Shown here: in pieces, positions 1 to 9,236 of the stretch
Layout: each line of letters begins with the position of its first letter
How positions within the stretch are numbered: the stretch's first letter is position 1
DNA from: an uncultured Bacteroidia bacterium
GTDB lineage: Bacteria; Bacteroidota; Bacteroidia; Bacteroidales; CAJPTX01
Direction: 5' to 3'
Length of the DNA: 64,000 nt
Assembly (NCBI GenBank): GCA_947252645.1
Contig: CAMXWF010000002.1
Coordinates: forward strand, 72,632-136,631
Notes under the pieces: generated by a model
Database searches by the model: none
What the model was told of the DNA's origin: nothing
What the model saw: only the letters and a program-made list of their open reading frames with translations
Translations under genes and position numbers: made by a program

Positions 1-815
1 ATGAGAAGCAGCATTCACTGCACGCCGCGGTACAGCGAAATGAGGTGATCAATGCTAGAGTGTTAGGTGGTCTCATAGCCACACCATTTCTGTACCTAGA
101 CAAAGATAATCATTTCCCCACAAAAAACAACGCTGTTAGCAATGTCTTTTTTGAAATTGTGCCGGAGTGGTACAAGGTCAACGCAGTGAGGGTGATTACA
201 GGCATTGTGGGCGCCTCTAAACGTGCGAAGGATTGCGTCTGAATGCTGACGCATTACTGTCCATTAGGGTTGGGTAAGCACATGCTCCCTAATAATAATC
301 GTTGAGAAATGGTAAAATCGTAAAATCAGAAAACCCCAGCCGTGGCTGGCGGTGAAGACAGGAGGATGAGGAGTATTTGCGCAGTTATGGGATGTCAGGG
401 AGTGTTTTGAGTAAAGAAGCTATGCCATTGCGGTTGACGTGGGGCATGAGGCCGCACTATGCACCGGGTAGTGTGTGGGAGCTGTCTGAGCCTTCGGCCG
501 TCATGATGTTCATATGCGGGGCGTGGAGGGCGATGGGCTTGAAATGGGCCAATAGAGCAAGAGAAGCAGGTGCGGCACGGCCATGCTGAAAAGCAGAGCC
601 CGCATTGCGGCATCCCACCAGGCGAAATTGTGTCGGGGAATAGGAGGCCGTAGCTTCCTAGCGTGTATGATTGAGGCCTCTAGCCTGAGGCCATGCGAGG
701 CCTAACCAGAGCTGTTGCGCGAATTGACCGTAAGAAGCACACGATTATGCACCGCCCTCCCCTCCACCCCTTGGGCTTCCGAGTAATCTCTGCGCTCCAC
801 CAATGAAATCTGCTG

Positions 816-823
816 TACCTTTG
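816..823 (+). promoter_or_regulatory. Bacteroidota-type -7 promoter box TAccTTTG upstream of tsaD
   Basis: Exact TAnnTTTG match 25 nt upstream of ATG 848. It lies inside the longer track ORF that starts at 803, which argues for the 848 start. Confidence 0.4.
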
Positions 824-847
824 CGCCACCAGATGGCAGGGGATAGA

Positions 848-1873
848 ATGGAGAAGCACGACCCGATAATACTTGCGATAGAATCCTCATGCGATGACAC
901 CTCTGCAGCCCTGCTGCGCGGATGTCAGCTGTTGGCCAACGTTATCAACACCCAGGAGGTCCATCGGCAATATGGGGGCGTGGTGCCCGAGCTGGCCTCT
1001 AGGGCGCATCTGAGCAACATCGTGCCCGTAGTCCATGCAGCCCTCAAGCAGGCCAACCTCACGGTGGAAGACATCGAGTGCGTGGCCTTTACCCGGGGCC
1101 CCGGGCTGCTAGGCGCGCTATTGGTCGGCACCTGCTTCGCCAAGGGCTTCGCGCTGGCCCGCCGTATCCCCATGGTCGAGGTGAACCACCTCGAAGGGCA
1201 CATCCTGGCTCCCTTCATCCAGACCGAGGCCCATGAGCCCACCCCGCCATTCCCCTATCTCTCCCTCCTAGTCTCAGGTGGCCATACTCAGATAGTGGAG
1301 GTGGCAGGGCCCAGGGAGTTCCGCGTGCTTTCCCACACCATCGACGATGCCGCGGGCGAGGCCTTCGACAAGTGCGCCAAGATGATCGGCTTGCCATATC
1401 CCGGAGGCCCCCATGTCGACCGTTTGGCCCAGCAGGGCAATCCCAAAGCCTTCGAGCTGGCCCATCCCCTCTTGCACGAGCCAAACTTCAGCTTCAGCGG
1501 ACTTAAAACCTCCTTCCTCTATCTCCTGCGCGATGCCCTAGCCACCAACCCACACTTCATCGCAGAACGGCAGGCCGACCTGTGTGCCTCCCTCCAGGCC
1601 ACCATCATCGACATATTGCTCGCCAAGGTCAAACGTTGGCTCAACGCCACTGGCATCAAGCACTTGGCCATCGGGGGCGGGGTTGCTGCCAACGAGGGGC
1701 TGCGCCGCGCCGTGGAGCAGCTAGGGAATGAACGCCATATTGCCACTTATATCCCCGCGCGCAGATTCACCACCGACAATGCCGCCATGATCGGCATTGC
1801 AGGCCTCTTCAAGTATCGCAGTGGGGAGTTCGCCCAGCAGGACATCGTGGCCTCCCCTCGCCTGAAAGTCTAA
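848..1873 (+). CDS. tsaD: tRNA N6-adenosine threonylcarbamoyltransferase TsaD (Kae1/Gcp family)
   Basis: Track ORF 803..1873. Motifs ILAIESSCDDTSAAL, VVPELASRAH, VNHLEGHI, LLVSGGHTQ, DDAAGEAFDKCAKMIGLPYPGGP. Start moved to the internal ATG at 848. Confidence 0.9.
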   Translation: MEKHDPIILAIESSCDDTSAALLRGCQLLANVINTQEVHRQYGGVVPELASRAHLSNIVPVVHAALKQANLTVEDIECVAFTRGPGLLGALLVGTCFAKGFALARRIPMVEVNHLEGHILAPFIQTEAHEPTPPFPYLSLLVSGGHTQIVEVAGPREFRVLSHTIDDAAGEAFDKCAKMIGLPYPGGPHVDRLAQQGNPKAFELAHPLLHEPNFSFSGLKTSFLYLLRDALATNPHFIAERQADLCASLQATIIDILLAKVKRWLNATGIKHLAIGGGVAANEGLRRAVEQLGNERHIATYIPARRFTTDNAAMIGIAGLFKYRSGEFAQQDIVASPRLKV

Positions 1874-1885
1874 CCCCTATGCGCC

Positions 1886-3172
1886 ATGCTTGAACCACTA
1901 CAAACGCTTTTCCTACGTTCTCGCCTGGTGACCATTGATTCCAGGACACCGCAACCTGGGGCTATTTTTTTTGGACTCCAGGGGGAGAAGTCCAACGGTG
2001 GACAATATGCTCCGCAAGCCCTAGAGCAGGGCGCAGCCTTGGCCGTCGTGGATAGGCCAGCGTACGTAGTATCGTCCCAGTGTCTCTTGGTCAACGATGC
2101 CCTGCGCACCCTTCAGAACCTGGCCAGCTGGTACCGCAGCACACTCCACATCCCTATTGTGGCCATTACGGGCACCAACGGGAAGACCACTACCAAGGAG
2201 CTACTCCACACCACCCTCTCTTCCCGCTATCGTTGCTATGCCACAGAGGGCAACCTCAACAACCAGATCGGAGTACCCCTCACCCTGCTGCGTATCCCGC
2301 CCAACGCGCAGATTGCCATCGTGGAGATGGGGGCAAGCCACCCGGGCGACATAAAGGAACTCTGCCAGCTCGCAAGCCCCACCCATGGCCTCATCACCTC
2401 CATTGGCCTAGCCCACCTAGAGGGCTTCGGCTCCCCAGAGGGCGTGCAGAGGACTAAAGGGGAACTCTTCGAGTACCTCAAGCAGCATGGCGGCACGGCC
2501 TTTGTCCGTACCGATGACCCCAGCATCACAGCGCTTGATGAGCGCCTACATATAGGCTGTTCTGGCTCACGCTACTCCTTGGATGCCTACCATGTCGCCT
2601 GCACCACCACGCACGAGGGACTACTGGACCTCACCTTCACCGCGCCAAGCTACGAAGGAACCATCCATACCCAGCTGGTGGGAAGCTACAACGCCATCAA
2701 CGCAGTGGCCGCCCTCCACTTGGCCTACTTCTTCAATGTGCCCCTGGCTGAGGCCGCCGAGCGAATAGCTGCCTATACGCCTTCGAACCACCGATCGCAG
2801 CTTGTGCGCACCGCACGCAACACCCTTATCCTCGATGCCTACAATGCCAACCCCTCCAGCATGGCTGCGGCGCTTGAGGCTTTCAAACAATTCCCCGCGC
2901 CCAATAAGCGCATTATCCTTGGCGCCATGCGCGAGCTAGGACAGGCCTCGCCCAGCTACCACCAGCAGCTGTGCCAGCAGGCCGAATCCATTGCCCCAAC
3001 CCACGTACTCTACGTGGGCAGGGAGTTCGAGCCAATAGCCCCGAGTAGCCGCTACTTCTGTAGCCTCCAGCCACTCAAGGCCTACCTCGTACAGCAGCAA
3101 CCTTCCGGGTGTACCATCCTTGTGAAGGGCTCCCACAGCGTTGGGTTGGAAGCAGTCGCCGACCTCCTGTAG
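1886..3172 (+). CDS. murF: UDP-N-acetylmuramoyl-tripeptide--D-alanyl-D-alanine ligase
   Basis: Mur ligase P-loop ITGTNGKTTTKELL and the DAYNANPSSM motif; 428 aa, a typical MurF length. Confidence 0.9.
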   Translation: MLEPLQTLFLRSRLVTIDSRTPQPGAIFFGLQGEKSNGGQYAPQALEQGAALAVVDRPAYVVSSQCLLVNDALRTLQNLASWYRSTLHIPIVAITGTNGKTTTKELLHTTLSSRYRCYATEGNLNNQIGVPLTLLRIPPNAQIAIVEMGASHPGDIKELCQLASPTHGLITSIGLAHLEGFGSPEGVQRTKGELFEYLKQHGGTAFVRTDDPSITALDERLHIGCSGSRYSLDAYHVACTTTHEGLLDLTFTAPSYEGTIHTQLVGSYNAINAVAALHLAYFFNVPLAEAAERIAAYTPSNHRSQLVRTARNTLILDAYNANPSSMAAALEAFKQFPAPNKRIILGAMRELGQASPSYHQQLCQQAESIAPTHVLYVGREFEPIAPSSRYFCSLQPLKAYLVQQQPSGCTILVKGSHSVGLEAVADLL

Positions 3173-3338
3173 CCTCCCCTCGCACCCCATGGTAGAGGCT
3201 GGCCCCTTGCCGTTCGCTACGCCATTATAGCAGTTGGCGCACCCCCTTCTGCCTCCCCTAGGGTTCGCTGCACCTACTATCTCCCGCCGGGCCTGCGCCC
3301 TTGGTGCAGGAAAACGCAAAGTGCTACCCTACCATCGA

Positions 3339-3404
3339 CGTACCCTCGCCGCTCAATTACGCTTTTTTAGCGAAGTAGATATGGCGTTGGTCAGCGATTG
3401 GCAC
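3339..3404 (+). repeat. Conserved intergenic element, copy A (CGTACCnnCnCCGCTC ... GGCGTTGGT ... TTGGCAC)
   Basis: Ungapped 49/66 identity to 32805-32870, counted by hand. Shares the 16-mer and the GTTGGT arm with 62545-62599. Imperfect hairpin potential. Confidence 0.5.
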
Positions 3405-3567
3405 GCTAGGTGGACATGCGGAGCACGCCATGGCCGTTTCTTCTCCTTGGCGGTTTTGCGGGTGACTCGGCGTTGCTACGGGCCTCGCGGAGCCTCGTGC
3501 GCCCGTGGCTCGGGGAAACTTCTTTGAAACGTAACCACTACGTGTCGCCTTGATGATAGTGGGGGTC

Positions 3568-3575
3568 TACCTTCG
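3568..3575 (+). promoter_or_regulatory. Candidate -7 box TAccTTCG upstream of the TonB-dependent receptor
   Basis: TAnnTTCG variant 22 nt before ATG 3597. The same variant recurs upstream of sppA, prfB, polA and tdh. Confidence 0.3.
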
Positions 3576-3596
3576 CGACGTGAATAAAAGGAGCGT

Positions 3597-6308
3597 ATGC
3601 GGCACATGCGAGTAGTGGTGTTGGCCCTGTCGATGGCCTTTTTGCTAGGCCAGCAGTTGGCGGTAGGTGGAGTGATTCGGGGGGTGATTCTCGATGCAAA
3701 GACAGGTGAAGCCCTGCCCGGGGCCACAGTGCGGATCGATGGCAGTTACACGGGGGCCATGGCCGATGATCACGGCTTCTACCTGCTTAGGGGACTCACG
3801 CCAGGAGCTTACACGTTGCTCGTGCAGTGCATCTCCTACCAGGCCCAGCGGCATCAGGTCAGGCTCGTGAAAACGAGCGATACCCTAGTGGCCAATTTCC
3901 AGCTGACCCCCGAGTCGCTAGAGGTCGAGGAGGTGCAGGTAGTGACCCACGTGTCCAAGGAGGGTGAGCGCCTGCTACTGGCCGAGCAGAAGAAATCGGT
4001 AGTGCCTGTGATGGCCTTGGGCGCCCAGGAGCTCTCGCGCAAGGGATTGGGCGATGCCCAAGATGCCCTGGCCCAGATGGCAGGCATTAGCAAGCAGGAG
4101 GGGATGAAAAATGTATTCGTGCGCGGGCTTGGCGATCGCTACAATGTCACCATGCTTAACGGATTCCCCATCCCGAGTGAGGACCCAGAGTATAAAAATG
4201 TGGCCCTCGACTTTTTCACCTCCGACATCATCCAGAATATCGGCGTGAGCAAGGTATTCACTGGCGAGCGCAACGGCGACGTGGGGGGCGCAATAGTTGA
4301 CGTGACCTCCAAGGAGCTTTTCCAACCCTACCTCTTCTCGCTATCAGCAGGTGCCGGCTTCAACGCCAGCGTCTGGGGGCATAAAGTCCTACGCCAAGAT
4401 GCTGCGAACTACTGGGGCTGCACCCAGCAGGCCTTGCCCACCGAGAACGGCTATCTGTTCAAGAATAGCCTCAATCCTAAGATCATAGCCCTCCCCCTCA
4501 ACCACAGCTACGGGCTTTCGGGGGGCTATCGCTGGACGTTCGGCGGCGGGAAGCACAGCCTGAGCGCCATGGCCGTGGCCACCAATAGTGAGGAAAGCAG
4601 TTTTACCAAGTCCGCCGTCCGTAATGCGGTCATCACCCCCAATGGCAATTTCAGCCTCTACCAGGACCAGGAGGGTACAAAAAGCTCGCACGGCACCTCC
4701 CAGGTCGCCATGGCCAATGCCACGCTACGCCTGGGCGGGGGATATGTGGTGGCCTACAACCTCTTCTTCATCCACAGCACCAACCTTTCCGTGAATGATC
4801 TTTCGGGGCTCCATTCTGAGCGCTACCAGGCCAGCCCCTCGAGCCATGGGATCATGCGTCGCCAGCAGGCCAATGACAATCTGCTCTTGACCAATCAACT
4901 CCTAGCTACGGTGCCCGTTGCGCAGCACTTGACGCTCGATGCCGGGATAGGCCATGATATCGTCAAAGGTGACGAGCCCGACCGACGCGAAAATGACTGG
5001 GTCAAAATGGCCACCAATTATGTCTTCAACAGCAGCGACAGGCAGAAGCGCTCCTTCTCGAGCCTGGATAGTAAGGGTCTGAGCGCGCGCCTAGGGGTGA
5101 AATATGAGCTGCCCGACCACTATAGAATGGGCCGCTCGTTCCTCAAGGTGGGCTATGTGGCTAACGGCATGCGCAACGACTTCTGGGCCCGCGAATATAG
5201 CTTCGGAGCTATCGACGGCGTATCGATGGCACTCGAGCAGCCCACGTTAGAGCTCGATGGCTTCTACAACTACGATCGACGGGCAGACTACACTCTCCAC
5301 AAAAGCTCCTTGGCTACCTACAGTGTGCGAAAGTGGCTGCATACAGGCTATTTGGATCTGAGCTACCAGCCCTGGAAGCCCTTGACGCTAAGCTTTGGCC
5401 TGCGGGTTGACAAAGTCAACTTGGCGGTGGACTACCACACCGATGCTACGGGCACCGGGCAGGAGACCATCGACACCCTCTACGCGCTTCCCGCGCTCAA
5501 TATCCGCGCTGACCTCGGCGAAAAACACACGCTGCGCTTGGGCGCCAGCACTTCCTACACGCTGCCCCAGGCCAAGGAAATCGCCCCCTACCAGTATGTA
5601 ACGGTCGGGTTTACCAGCCAGGGGAACGCCAAGCTCAAACCCTCTATCAACTACAACCTCGACCTGCGCTGGGATTTCTTCATCGCGCCCTCGGGATACC
5701 TTGCCCTGACGGGCTTCTACAAGCACATCCTGCGCCCAATAGCAAGGGTCGATAAGGGCAACTCGGCGGGCTTGTTGGAATATGACAACGTGAGCGCCAA
5801 GGCCGAGGTGGCGGGCGTGGAGCTGGAATTCCGCTACGACCTGCTCAATCGCATCACAGCGGCCCAAGGGCTGGCGCACAAGCTCACCCTAGGCTTCAAT
5901 GCCTCCTACATCTACACCACCCACGAGGTGATGCTCGATACCCGACACAATAGGGCCTCGGCCATGGAGGGCGCTGCCCCTTGGATAGTCAATGCCGACC
6001 TGTCCTACAGTCTCCGCGGCGAACACGTAGAGCTGGCTCCCACCCTCCTGTTCGGCTACTTCGGCACTCGCATCCACACCATCGGCACCAAGGGGTATAA
6101 CAACATCATGGAGAAAGGCGCGCCACGCCTAGACCTACAGATAGCACTCAAGCTCTATAAGCATTGGACGCTCAAGCTTAAGGCTAAAAATCTCCTCGAT
6201 CCAGCGCACCAGCTCACGCGGGTCTTCCCAGGCCAGGCCCACCCCTATATCTTGGAGGAGTATAGGCGCGGGCGGAGCTTCTCGCTAGGGCTCTCCTATG
6301 CGCTCTAG
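3597..6308 (+). CDS. TonB-dependent outer-membrane receptor with N-terminal carboxypeptidase-regulatory-like domain
   Basis: Signal peptide; CarbopepD_reg-like GVILDAKTGEALPGATVRIDGS...GFYLLRGLTPGAYTL; plug region VFVRGLGDRYNVTMLNGFPIPSEDP; long beta-barrel ending GRSFSLGLSYAL. Confidence 0.85.
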   Translation: MRHMRVVVLALSMAFLLGQQLAVGGVIRGVILDAKTGEALPGATVRIDGSYTGAMADDHGFYLLRGLTPGAYTLLVQCISYQAQRHQVRLVKTSDTLVANFQLTPESLEVEEVQVVTHVSKEGERLLLAEQKKSVVPVMALGAQELSRKGLGDAQDALAQMAGISKQEGMKNVFVRGLGDRYNVTMLNGFPIPSEDPEYKNVALDFFTSDIIQNIGVSKVFTGERNGDVGGAIVDVTSKELFQPYLFSLSAGAGFNASVWGHKVLRQDAANYWGCTQQALPTENGYLFKNSLNPKIIALPLNHSYGLSGGYRWTFGGGKHSLSAMAVATNSEESSFTKSAVRNAVITPNGNFSLYQDQEGTKSSHGTSQVAMANATLRLGGGYVVAYNLFFIHSTNLSVNDLSGLHSERYQASPSSHGIMRRQQANDNLLLTNQLLATVPVAQHLTLDAGIGHDIVKGDEPDRRENDWVKMATNYVFNSSDRQKRSFSSLDSKGLSARLGVKYELPDHYRMGRSFLKVGYVANGMRNDFWAREYSFGAIDGVSMALEQPTLELDGFYNYDRRADYTLHKSSLATYSVRKWLHTGYLDLSYQPWKPLTLSFGLRVDKVNLAVDYHTDATGTGQETIDTLYALPALNIRADLGEKHTLRLGASTSYTLPQAKEIAPYQYVTVGFTSQGNAKLKPSINYNLDLRWDFFIAPSGYLALTGFYKHILRPIARVDKGNSAGLLEYDNVSAKAEVAGVELEFRYDLLNRITAAQGLAHKLTLGFNASYIYTTHEVMLDTRHNRASAMEGAAPWIVNADLSYSLRGEHVELAPTLLFGYFGTRIHTIGTKGYNNIMEKGAPRLDLQIALKLYKHWTLKLKAKNLLDPAHQLTRVFPGQAHPYILEEYRRGRSFSLGLSYAL

Positions 6309-6352
6309 CACATCTCAGAAGAACAATCTAGTAACCAAAACCATATAATGCT

Positions 6353-7543
6353 ATGAAGAGGTACGCAATGAGTTTTCTGCTGTGCATCCTGGCAGCAGGG
6401 CTGTTGTTGTCCAGCTGTAAGAAGGATAACAAGAGCGGCAGCAAGGACAAGATCGACAATCCCGCAAATACCCAGCTGAAGGGGGAGATTACGAATGACT
6501 TGACGCTCGATGCCTCCAAGACCTATACGCTGGCGGGGTCGGTCTACGTGAATGACGGCGCCACCTTGACCATCCCCGCGGGCACCACCATCAAGGCCCA
6601 GGAAGGCTTCGACAAGTTTATCCTCGTCCTCAGGGGCGGCAAGATCAACATCAACGGCACGGCCGATAAGCCCGTCACCATGACCCCCGACGGCGATCAA
6701 AACGCCCAGGGCTACTGGGGCGGTCTGATCATCAACGGCAAGGCAGGCCTTTCCACCAACGGGGAGGGCAGTACTGAAATCAGCGCTACGCATAAGTATG
6801 GCGGCTCCGATGACGCCGACAATTCTGGCTCTATCACCTATCTGAAGCTTATCGGTTGCGGGGCGCGGAGCTCAGCCAACGTGGAGCACAACGGCCTCAC
6901 GCTCAACGGTGTGGGGAGCGGCACGAAGATTGAGAATGTCTTCATCCTCAACTCCTCCGATGATGGCGTGGAGTTCTTTGGGGGGGCCGTGCACGTCAAA
7001 AACCTGCTAGTGGTCGATCCCGATGATGACATGTTCGACTTCACCCAGGGCTACCGTGGGGAACTGTCGAACTGCTACGGGGTCTGGACGAAAGACTACA
7101 AGAGTTCCGAGTCCGATCCTCGCGGCGTGGAGGCTGATGGCAACCTCGATGGCCTTGAGGCCAATGCTACCCGTCAGAGCGACTTCACGATCACCAACAT
7201 GACCATCGACCTGCGCACGCCGGCCGCCGCAAAGGATGCAGCTGGTAACTTTACTGGCCCGAACTACATGCACGATGGGCTAAAAATCCGCCGCGGGGCA
7301 CACGTGGTCATCAAAAATGCCCTTATCAAGGGGGCTGGCGAAAGCTCTGTCGCCAATATCCTGGGGCTAATCGATGGGAAGGGCGATGCTGCCGATGGGT
7401 GCGACTTCACGATGGCATGGCAGGGCATTGCATTTAAAAACGAGATCAAGGCCACCGACCCCGCAAAACACACTCTCACCAAGGATCCTAAAGTGACAGG
7501 GTGTGCGCAGGGAATCTTCAGCTGGACTGGTTATAGCTTCTAG
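6353..7543 (+). CDS. Predicted surface lipoprotein, probable parallel beta-helix fold, partner of the upstream TonB-dependent receptor
   Basis: Lipobox LLLSSC. Repetitive G/N/D-rich beta-helix-like segments (YWGGLIINGKA, NGLTLNGVGSGTKIENVFILNSSDDGVEFFGGAVHV). Begins 44 nt after the receptor stop. Confidence 0.6.
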   Translation: MKRYAMSFLLCILAAGLLLSSCKKDNKSGSKDKIDNPANTQLKGEITNDLTLDASKTYTLAGSVYVNDGATLTIPAGTTIKAQEGFDKFILVLRGGKININGTADKPVTMTPDGDQNAQGYWGGLIINGKAGLSTNGEGSTEISATHKYGGSDDADNSGSITYLKLIGCGARSSANVEHNGLTLNGVGSGTKIENVFILNSSDDGVEFFGGAVHVKNLLVVDPDDDMFDFTQGYRGELSNCYGVWTKDYKSSESDPRGVEADGNLDGLEANATRQSDFTITNMTIDLRTPAAAKDAAGNFTGPNYMHDGLKIRRGAHVVIKNALIKGAGESSVANILGLIDGKGDAADGCDFTMAWQGIAFKNEIKATDPAKHTLTKDPKVTGCAQGIFSWTGYSF

Positions 7544-7561
7544 TTCGTTCTCCTCGTAGCA

Positions 7562-7603
7562 GCTGGGCATCTTGGCGCAAGCCTGGATGCCCAGCATTTT
7601 TTT
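7562..7603 (+). terminator. Rho-independent terminator after the receptor/lipoprotein pair
   Basis: GCTGGGCATC ... GATGCCCAGC 10-bp stem followed by T7. Confidence 0.6.
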
Positions 7604-7616
7604 GCTATTATCTGCT

Positions 7617-7624
7617 ACCTTTGT
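7617..7624 (+). promoter_or_regulatory. -7 box TAccTTTG upstream of the cyclase gene
   Basis: Exact TAnnTTTG 50 nt upstream of ATG 7674. Confidence 0.4.
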
Positions 7625-7673
7625 CTACTGCGATGGGGTTGAGGTGTGCGGGTAAACGGGTGGAGCTTTAGGC

Positions 7674-9170
7674 ATGATCTTTGGCAGCTATGCGCCTTTG
7701 CTGGCGGTGTTTCTGTTCTCCTTCGCCACCGCATTCTTTCTGGTGCTTATGGTGCGCAATGCTATTCAGCTCTACCGAGCGCGCATAGCCGCACGCTACC
7801 AGGGGGTGCTTGCGCAGCGTACCGAGGAGTTGGCCAAGGAGAGGGTGAAGATTGACAATCTGCTCTCCCGCATGCTCCCCGCTACTACGGCCAACGAGCT
7901 ACAGAAAACAGGCAGCGTCCAAACCGCTCGCTACCAGATGGTCTCGGTGCTCTTTGCCGACATCGAGGGCTTCTCCCTGATAGCCGAATCCCTTAACCCA
8001 GAGCGACTCATCGAGTCGCTTGACCGCCTCTTCTTCGACCTCGACAGCCTTGTCGCCCGCTACAACGTAGAGAAAATCAAAACGGTGGGCGATGGCTACC
8101 TCTGCGCTGGCGGGCTGCCTAGGCCCAATAGGACGAACCCCGTGGAAGTAGTTCTGGTGGCCTTGGAGATGCAGGCGCACATGCAGCAACTCAATAGGAC
8201 CAAGGCCTTTGGCACCACGCCCTGGCGGTTGCGCATAGGCGTCAACACCGGGGCCGTGGTCTCGGGCGTGGTAGGGCGCGACAAGCTCTCCTACGACATC
8301 TGGGGCACGGCGGTCAATGTGGCCAGCCGTATGCAGTCGGCCAGTGCCCCAGGAAAAGTCAGCATCTCCTCTTCCACCTTCTTCTACATCAAAGACTTCT
8401 TCCAATGCACCGAGCGCGGCTCCGTGGCCGTCAAGAGCTTCGGGCAGGTCGACATGTACTACGTCGACGGCATCCGCCCCGACCTCTCCAAGGGCGGCCA
8501 GGGCCTAGAGCCCAACCACGAGTTCGACGTCCAGCTACAGCTGCTCCGACTCGACGACCTAGAGGTCTTTGTCCTCGATATGCTCGAAAAAAAACTCCCC
8601 CCTACCCTCTACTACCACAACCTCAAGCACACCATCGACGTCTACACCCAGGCCGAGATCATCGGACAGGCCGAGGGCGTCTCCACCGAGGAAATCCTCC
8701 TGCTGCGCACCGCGGCCCTCTTCCACGACTCTGGCCACATCATCGACTACAAAACACACGAGGAAATGGGGGTCAAGCTCGCGTGCGAAATCCTCCCCAA
8801 GTTCTTCTACACCAAGCCCCAGATCCGTACCATCTGCGCGCTCATCATGGCCACCAAGATGCCCGTCAACCCCCAGAATCTCCTCGAGGGCATTATCTGC
8901 GATGCCGACTGCGACTACCTGGGGCGCCGTGACTACCTCCCCGTGGCTGAGTCCCTCTACCGGGAACTCAAGGTGCGCGGATTCGTCACCGAGTTGAGCG
9001 CCTGGGTCGACACACAAATCGCCTTCCTCAGCCAGCACCACTACTACACCAAGACTGCACAGAATCGGCGCGAGCGCAATAAACAGCAGCAGCTACAGAG
9101 TCTCCAACAGCTCAAAGCCAAAGCCCTGGCCGAGGAAGCTGCCCGCGCCGCTGAGGGGGCACCTGATTAG
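7674..9170 (+). CDS. Membrane-anchored class III adenylate cyclase fused to a C-terminal HD-domain phosphohydrolase
   Basis: N-terminal TM helix and coiled coil. Cyclase motifs FADIEGFS, KIKTVGDGYLCAGG, IGVNTGAVVSGVVG, YDIWGTAVNVASRMQS; the Lys/Asp specificity pair suggests ATP. HD motifs HNLKHTIDV, LFHDSGH, CDADCDYLG. Confidence 0.8.
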   Translation: MIFGSYAPLLAVFLFSFATAFFLVLMVRNAIQLYRARIAARYQGVLAQRTEELAKERVKIDNLLSRMLPATTANELQKTGSVQTARYQMVSVLFADIEGFSLIAESLNPERLIESLDRLFFDLDSLVARYNVEKIKTVGDGYLCAGGLPRPNRTNPVEVVLVALEMQAHMQQLNRTKAFGTTPWRLRIGVNTGAVVSGVVGRDKLSYDIWGTAVNVASRMQSASAPGKVSISSSTFFYIKDFFQCTERGSVAVKSFGQVDMYYVDGIRPDLSKGGQGLEPNHEFDVQLQLLRLDDLEVFVLDMLEKKLPPTLYYHNLKHTIDVYTQAEIIGQAEGVSTEEILLLRTAALFHDSGHIIDYKTHEEMGVKLACEILPKFFYTKPQIRTICALIMATKMPVNPQNLLEGIICDADCDYLGRRDYLPVAESLYRELKVRGFVTELSAWVDTQIAFLSQHHYYTKTAQNRRERNKQQQLQSLQQLKAKALAEEAARAAEGAPD

Positions 9171-9177
9171 AATTTAG

Positions 9178-9185
9178 TACATTTG
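9178..9185 (+). promoter_or_regulatory. Candidate -7 box TAcaTTTG upstream of the USP-like gene
   Basis: TAnnTTTG match 52 nt upstream of ATG 9237. Confidence 0.3.
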
Positions 9186-9236
9186 CACATGTATTCCATC
9201 CGTTGCCATAAGGCATACGACTATAAGAACTAGAGC

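Noticed and set aside
1-800. ORFs 45..242, 377..589 and 395..613 and the AT-richer first 300 nt; possible ncRNA or gene remnant upstream of tsaD
   Set aside because: The ORFs have no recognisable motifs and mutually overlap on both strands. I could not fold or match the region to RNase P, SRP, tmRNA or 6S signatures by eye. Left unannotated.
3398-3425. TTGGCAC in intergenic element copies A (3398-3404) and B (32864-32870) as sigma-54 -24 boxes
   Set aside because: No TTGC -12 element sits at the required 4-5 nt spacing in either copy: GCTAGGTGGA follows in A and ATGGGCGAAC in B.
8587-8594. A8 homopolymer in the cyclase-HD linker (plus C6 at 8597-8602) and A8 at 10061-10068 in the USP-like gene as phase-variation switches
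   Set aside because: The tracts are short, both genes are in frame, and there is no evidence of length heterogeneity in a single sequence. Noted only as something to look at in read pileups.
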